Below, piece by piece: positions 60,570 to 64,000 of a stretch of 64,000 bases of DNA. The stretch's first letter is position 1. The number at the start of each line of letters is the position of its first letter. Origin of the DNA: an uncultured cyanobacterium (GTDB taxonomy: Bacteria > Cyanobacteriota > Cyanobacteriia > Phormidesmidales > Phormidesmidaceae); assembly GCA_963793265.1 (NCBI GenBank), contig CAWBZI010000006.1, positions 352,001 to 416,000 on the forward strand, written 5' to 3'. A program made the position numbers and the translations under genes. A model generated the notes under the pieces. It was not told the origin of the DNA. It was given only the letters and a program-made list of their open reading frames with translations, and searched no databases.

Positions 60570-61817
60570 TCAAGGCGTATCGGGTAGTGCTTCTACACAG
60601 TCTTCAGGCTCGTAGATGACTTCAACGTCAACTTGATACTGAGTAGGCACTTCTGGCTGGCCAAAGTCGTAGTAGTCCAGCGTACTCAGCGCCAGTCGGT
60701 TCAGCGTATCGTAGCCAATGCTCTTAAGCACAGTAATGTTTTCTCGCGACCCGTCAGGATTTACAAGCACGCCAATCCGACCATCTTGAGGCGGATCTTC
60801 TCGGCAAGCTTTGTAGGCAGAGTCTATCTCTATCTCTGCGGTACCCTCAGCAACCGTTTCCTTCCCTTCAGCGCTAGCGGTTAACCAATCTTTAGTGCGT
60901 TCCTCAGCCGCTTCTTCTGACACGCCTCTCTCGTCATAAACGATGGTGCCGTTAATGAGCCTAGAGGCATTGCCTTGAGCGGGAGCCGTTGCGATTACCG
61001 GGGGATCTACGGGAATCTCTACAACGGGTTGGTCTATAACAGGCTGCTGGCTGGGTTCTCCATCTGAGAGCTGAGGCAGGCCAGGCTGCTGACCGGGCGT
61101 AGGCGCTGGATTAGCGGCAATTCCAGCTGACTGCGTACCCTGCAAAGCTTCACTAAACCCGCCGCCTTCGGCTGGTAAGACAACACCACCCGGTAGAACA
61201 GGCAGCTCGCCGTTGACCCGATCGGTTGGCAGCGGTGGGGGATTGGATTCAATCGTGCTGGATAGAGGCGGCGGTGAAGGCAGAATAGCAACGGAGGGTG
61301 CTGGCGGGGCTGTTGGACTAGTCGGAACTGTCGTAGTTGGAAAATTTAGTGAAAAAGGTCGGGTGACACCGGCAGGGAGCTGGTTGCCTAAGGGCCTAAC
61401 CGGCTGGCTGGGACGCGTGACGAGTGAGCGGTTCGGCGTGGGTGAGGGGATGGGGTTCGCCGGAACAGTTCTTTTACGAATGGTGCTGTTATTGGGCGTG
61501 TTGGGAATGTAGGAGGGTAAAGAGAGAGAACCTAAACCCGTCGCGCTGGGTGGATTGCGGCGGGGCTGGGCAAAGCTCGGCAGGCGGTTGCGTTCAGCAG
61601 GGCTAAGCTGAACGAGCGGCACGATGCTTTCTTCAGCGCTGGCTTCTTGAGCGGCCTGGTTGAGCCTGGCAAAAGAAACGTTGGTGCTGGGGCCAAAGGC
61701 GATTAAAGCGGCGTGAGCACCGACTGAAAGCAGCACGCCTATGCCCGTGGGGGTGATAACTTTAGTCGTTTTGGCAATGGGGCGTAGGGCTGACTTTAGG
61801 CGGGATGGGATGGCCAT
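60570..61817 (-). CDS. Pro-rich membrane-anchored protein with TonB-C-like domain
   Basis: TM with S..AH motif (LLSVGAHAAL), long Pro-rich linker, VLVNPDG....V.KS.GY..LNR.A. Confidence 0.72.
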   Translation of the reverse strand: MAIPSRLKSALRPIAKTTKVITPTGIGVLLSVGAHAALIAFGPSTNVSFARLNQAAQEASAEESIVPLVQLSPAERNRLPSFAQPRRNPPSATGLGSLSLPSYIPNTPNNSTIRKRTVPANPIPSPTPNRSLVTRPSQPVRPLGNQLPAGVTRPFSLNFPTTTVPTSPTAPPAPSVAILPSPPPLSSTIESNPPPLPTDRVNGELPVLPGGVVLPAEGGGFSEALQGTQSAGIAANPAPTPGQQPGLPQLSDGEPSQQPVIDQPVVEIPVDPPVIATAPAQGNASRLINGTIVYDERGVSEEAAEERTKDWLTASAEGKETVAEGTAEIEIDSAYKACREDPPQDGRIGVLVNPDGSRENITVLKSIGYDTLNRLALSTLDYYDFGQPEVPTQYQVDVEVIYEPEDCVEALPDTP

Positions 61818-61944
61818 AGTGAGATGCTAAGGACTTATTTAAGACTATGTTATTTCGGCAGAATTGATTGTGGGGCGCTATGCCAATTTTAGAGATCGAA
61901 TTTTCAGACAAATTTTCAGGCGATGGATTTGAGGGCGCGATCGC

Positions 61945-62724
61945 CTACAGCATCTTGCGCTCTGCTTGCTGCACAATCAGCAAAGAAAAGTAAGGAAGCT
62001 GCAAGTCAGGGCAGCTTTCAAGCCCCCGAAAAACCTTTTGCTCGGTTCTGGTAGCCCTTTCTACCACATAGCTATGTGCCAATAGCTGATGCCGCTCCAA
62101 TATTTTCCACACCTGACGATAAACGCTGCCTACTTTCATCAGCACCACGACCTCAGCCCATTTCAAAGCCTTTTCCAGCTCATTCCCCGGCTCATCTTTC
62201 AGATCATCACTATCTGCCTGAAAGCTGTACAGCGCTGGCAAAATCGCAAGCTTCTCGGCCTGACACGTGAGCGGAATGCCAAGTGCTGCTGCTGCTGCCA
62301 TCGGAGAAGAGACGCCCGCGACAGCCTCTACCTTTACGCCGGGATGCTGCTTTTGTAAGTGCTGAGCAAGATAGGTAAACGTGCCATAAAAACTTACGTC
62401 ACCTTCGCAGGCAAAGGCGACATCGCCTTTTTGTAAGTAGGGCCAAACCATTTCAGCGGCCTTCTGCCAGGCAGCGGATAGCGCTTGCGCGTCTAACACG
62501 TAGGGAAATCTCAGCGCGAGCCGGGTTTGCGAGTCGTTCAGCCACGGCTCAATAATTTGTTCAGCCACGCCCGGTCGGCCTTTAGTACCGGCGGGGAAAG
62601 CCACGACTGGCGAAGACTGTAGGTATTTTAGGGCTTTAAGCGTCAGTAGCTCTGGATCGCCTGGGCCGACACCAAGGCCGTAGAGCGTGCCTGGTGTGTC
62701 TGTAGCGCTAAAGTGCTGTTCGAT
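61945..62724 (-). CDS. cobI: Precorrin-2 C20-methyltransferase
   Basis: GTLYGLGVGPGDPELLTLKA lies in frame upstream of the track's GTG 62604; CEGDVSFYGTF, GVSS, VLMKV, PYFS; start apparently ATC at 62724. Confidence 0.9.
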   Translation of the reverse strand: MEQHFSATDTPGTLYGLGVGPGDPELLTLKALKYLQSSPVVAFPAGTKGRPGVAEQIIEPWLNDSQTRLALRFPYVLDAQALSAAWQKAAEMVWPYLQKGDVAFACEGDVSFYGTFTYLAQHLQKQHPGVKVEAVAGVSSPMAAAAALGIPLTCQAEKLAILPALYSFQADSDDLKDEPGNELEKALKWAEVVVLMKVGSVYRQVWKILERHQLLAHSYVVERATRTEQKVFRGLESCPDLQLPYFSLLIVQQAERKML

Positions 62725-62806
62725 GGATAGTACCTCGTCATCGTTTTATGAAGCTTGTATCATCTATCACCTCTTTTGCTTGCGATCGCGTCAAGGTCGT
62801 TAGAGG

Positions 62807-64000
62807 CTAAGCATTATTGTTAGTCGGATTGGGATTGGTTTGTGAGTCTTTGGCTAGCTTTTCTGCTTTTGGTTTTTCTGCTTTTGGCTTTGCCAATTGC
62901 CGTGATGGCTTACGTGCTCCAGATAATCGCTTCATCATCTGAGGCGTTGGATCGTGAATCAGACAGATGAGGGCGCTGTCAGGCTGCCACTCTGCTTCGT
63001 CTAGCACCAGCTCTAGCTTGCCGTTCGTCTCAATCGCTAAAGGCACCGCGTCGCCTGCTCTGATCAGTTTGTTGACGCGATCGCGCTGAGCACTCATATC
63101 ATCTTCAGTATCCGTACTCGTAAACTCGTAGGTCGTTTTTTCAAAAGCATCGTCTGCAATAAAAGTATTCCACTGCTTCACTGGCAGCCGAGGCGTCTTA
63201 ATATCCCCCCGAGTCTTGCTGTCGGCCTCACCCGCTTCGGTACGCGGCAGCACAGCAAACACACGCGGCGGCCCAAACTCCTCCTGAGCCCGCTCAGCAA
63301 TCACAGAGTTAACCTCACCGTTATTCGTAATCGCTAAAAACGTCCCAATCGAGCTAAGCCCGGCCTCTTCCAGCATCTCTTCATTTAGCGCAGAGCCCAC
63401 ATAAGTCGTAAAGCCCTCGGCCTTGGCCTGCTCACAAGCCGCCTCGTCAGTGTCGATAATCACCACCGATTCACCTTTATCTTTAAACAATCGCCCAATC
63501 GTCAGCCCCATTGCATTACAGCCCACAATCACCACCCCCGTAGCGCTGCTAGAGGTAACGCCGAGCAACTGCGCAAAGCTACGCGCGGTCAGCCCTTGAG
63601 CAAACACAGTCATAATAATGGTTAAAAACACCAGCGCCTTAATAGAGTCACCACCGTTGATACCGCGCTCAGTGAGCAAAATCGCGAATAAAGAGGCTAC
63701 CGAAGCCGATACGATCCCACGAGGCGATATCCAGCTCATGAAAGCCTTTTGTCGCCAGTTGAGGTCGCTATTCCAGGTGCAGACCAAAATGTTGATAGGC
63801 CGCACGATTAGCATCAGCACTAGCACCGTGAGCACCGAGCCAGAACCAAGTTCAAACACACTGGCAATGGAAAGATCGGCTGCTAGCAAAATAAACAGCA
63901 CCGACACCGAGAAGATTGTGAGCTGTCCTTTGAACCGTCGCAGCAGTCTTTCTTCAGGAATGGAGATCGCGCGCACGACAATGCCTGCGGCGACTGTGGC
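62807..64000 (-). CDS. Cation:proton antiporter (NhaP-type) with TrkA-N/RCK domain, 5' part outside window
   Basis: FKGQL...VSVLFILLAA, WISPRGIVSASVASLF, TVFAQGLT, Rossmann-like IVGCN..G. Confidence 0.9.
   Translation of the reverse strand, partial: ATVAAGIVVRAISIPEERLLRRFKGQLTIFSVSVLFILLAADLSIASVFELGSGSVLTVLVLMLIVRPINILVCTWNSDLNWRQKAFMSWISPRGIVSASVASLFAILLTERGINGGDSIKALVFLTIIMTVFAQGLTARSFAQLLGVTSSSATGVVIVGCNAMGLTIGRLFKDKGESVVIIDTDEAACEQAKAEGFTTYVGSALNEEMLEEAGLSSIGTFLAITNNGEVNSVIAERAQEEFGPPRVFAVLPRTEAGEADSKTRGDIKTPRLPVKQWNTFIADDAFEKTTYEFTSTDTEDDMSAQRDRVNKLIRAGDAVPLAIETNGKLELVLDEAEWQPDSALICLIHDPTPQMMKRLSGARKPSRQLAKPKAEKPKAEKLAKDSQTNPNPTNNNA

Noticed and set aside
1..64000. tRNA, rRNA, riboswitch (including a cobalamin riboswitch near cobI), IS transposase or prophage genes
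   Set aside because: No recognisable signatures seen by eye; an Infernal/Rfam and tRNAscan run would be needed to exclude them formally

Overview
Chromosomal DNA from a cyanobacterium, inferred to be non-heterocystous and Leptolyngbya/Phormidesmis-like. The HIP1 palindrome GCGATCGC occurs about once per kb (roughly 60 by manual count). Most of the window is core genes: an FHA-transglycosylase PBP, lspA, bioY, hemB, rpsO, glcD, grxC, hpf, lipB, sasA, pspA, menB, hemJ, an hli gene, scpB, htrA, a CCA-type nucleotidyltransferase, ycf34, murJ, a phnDCE-like ABC transporter and cobI. It also has a type IV pilus motility set (pilA1-pilA2-accessory gene, and the hmpBCDE/hmpF chemosensory cluster without a PatA-type hmpA). 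An accessory patch at about 9.2-14.9 kb holds two Uma2 genes, REP-like elements, a small gene with a structured leader, and a DUF433/PIN toxin-antitoxin pair. I saw no rRNA, tRNA, CRISPR array or transposase. The main observations not explained by the gene list are: (1) base composition flips at many HIP1 sites, G/T-rich on the 5' side and C/A-rich on the 3' side, regardless of gene direction; (2) a candidate antisense-sRNA/attenuator module at 10.15-10.68 kb; (3) a helically phased DnaA-box cluster upstream of a DUF2811 gene; (4) ycf34 is frameshifted and cobI has no canonical start codon; (5) two small ORFs missing from the ORF track.
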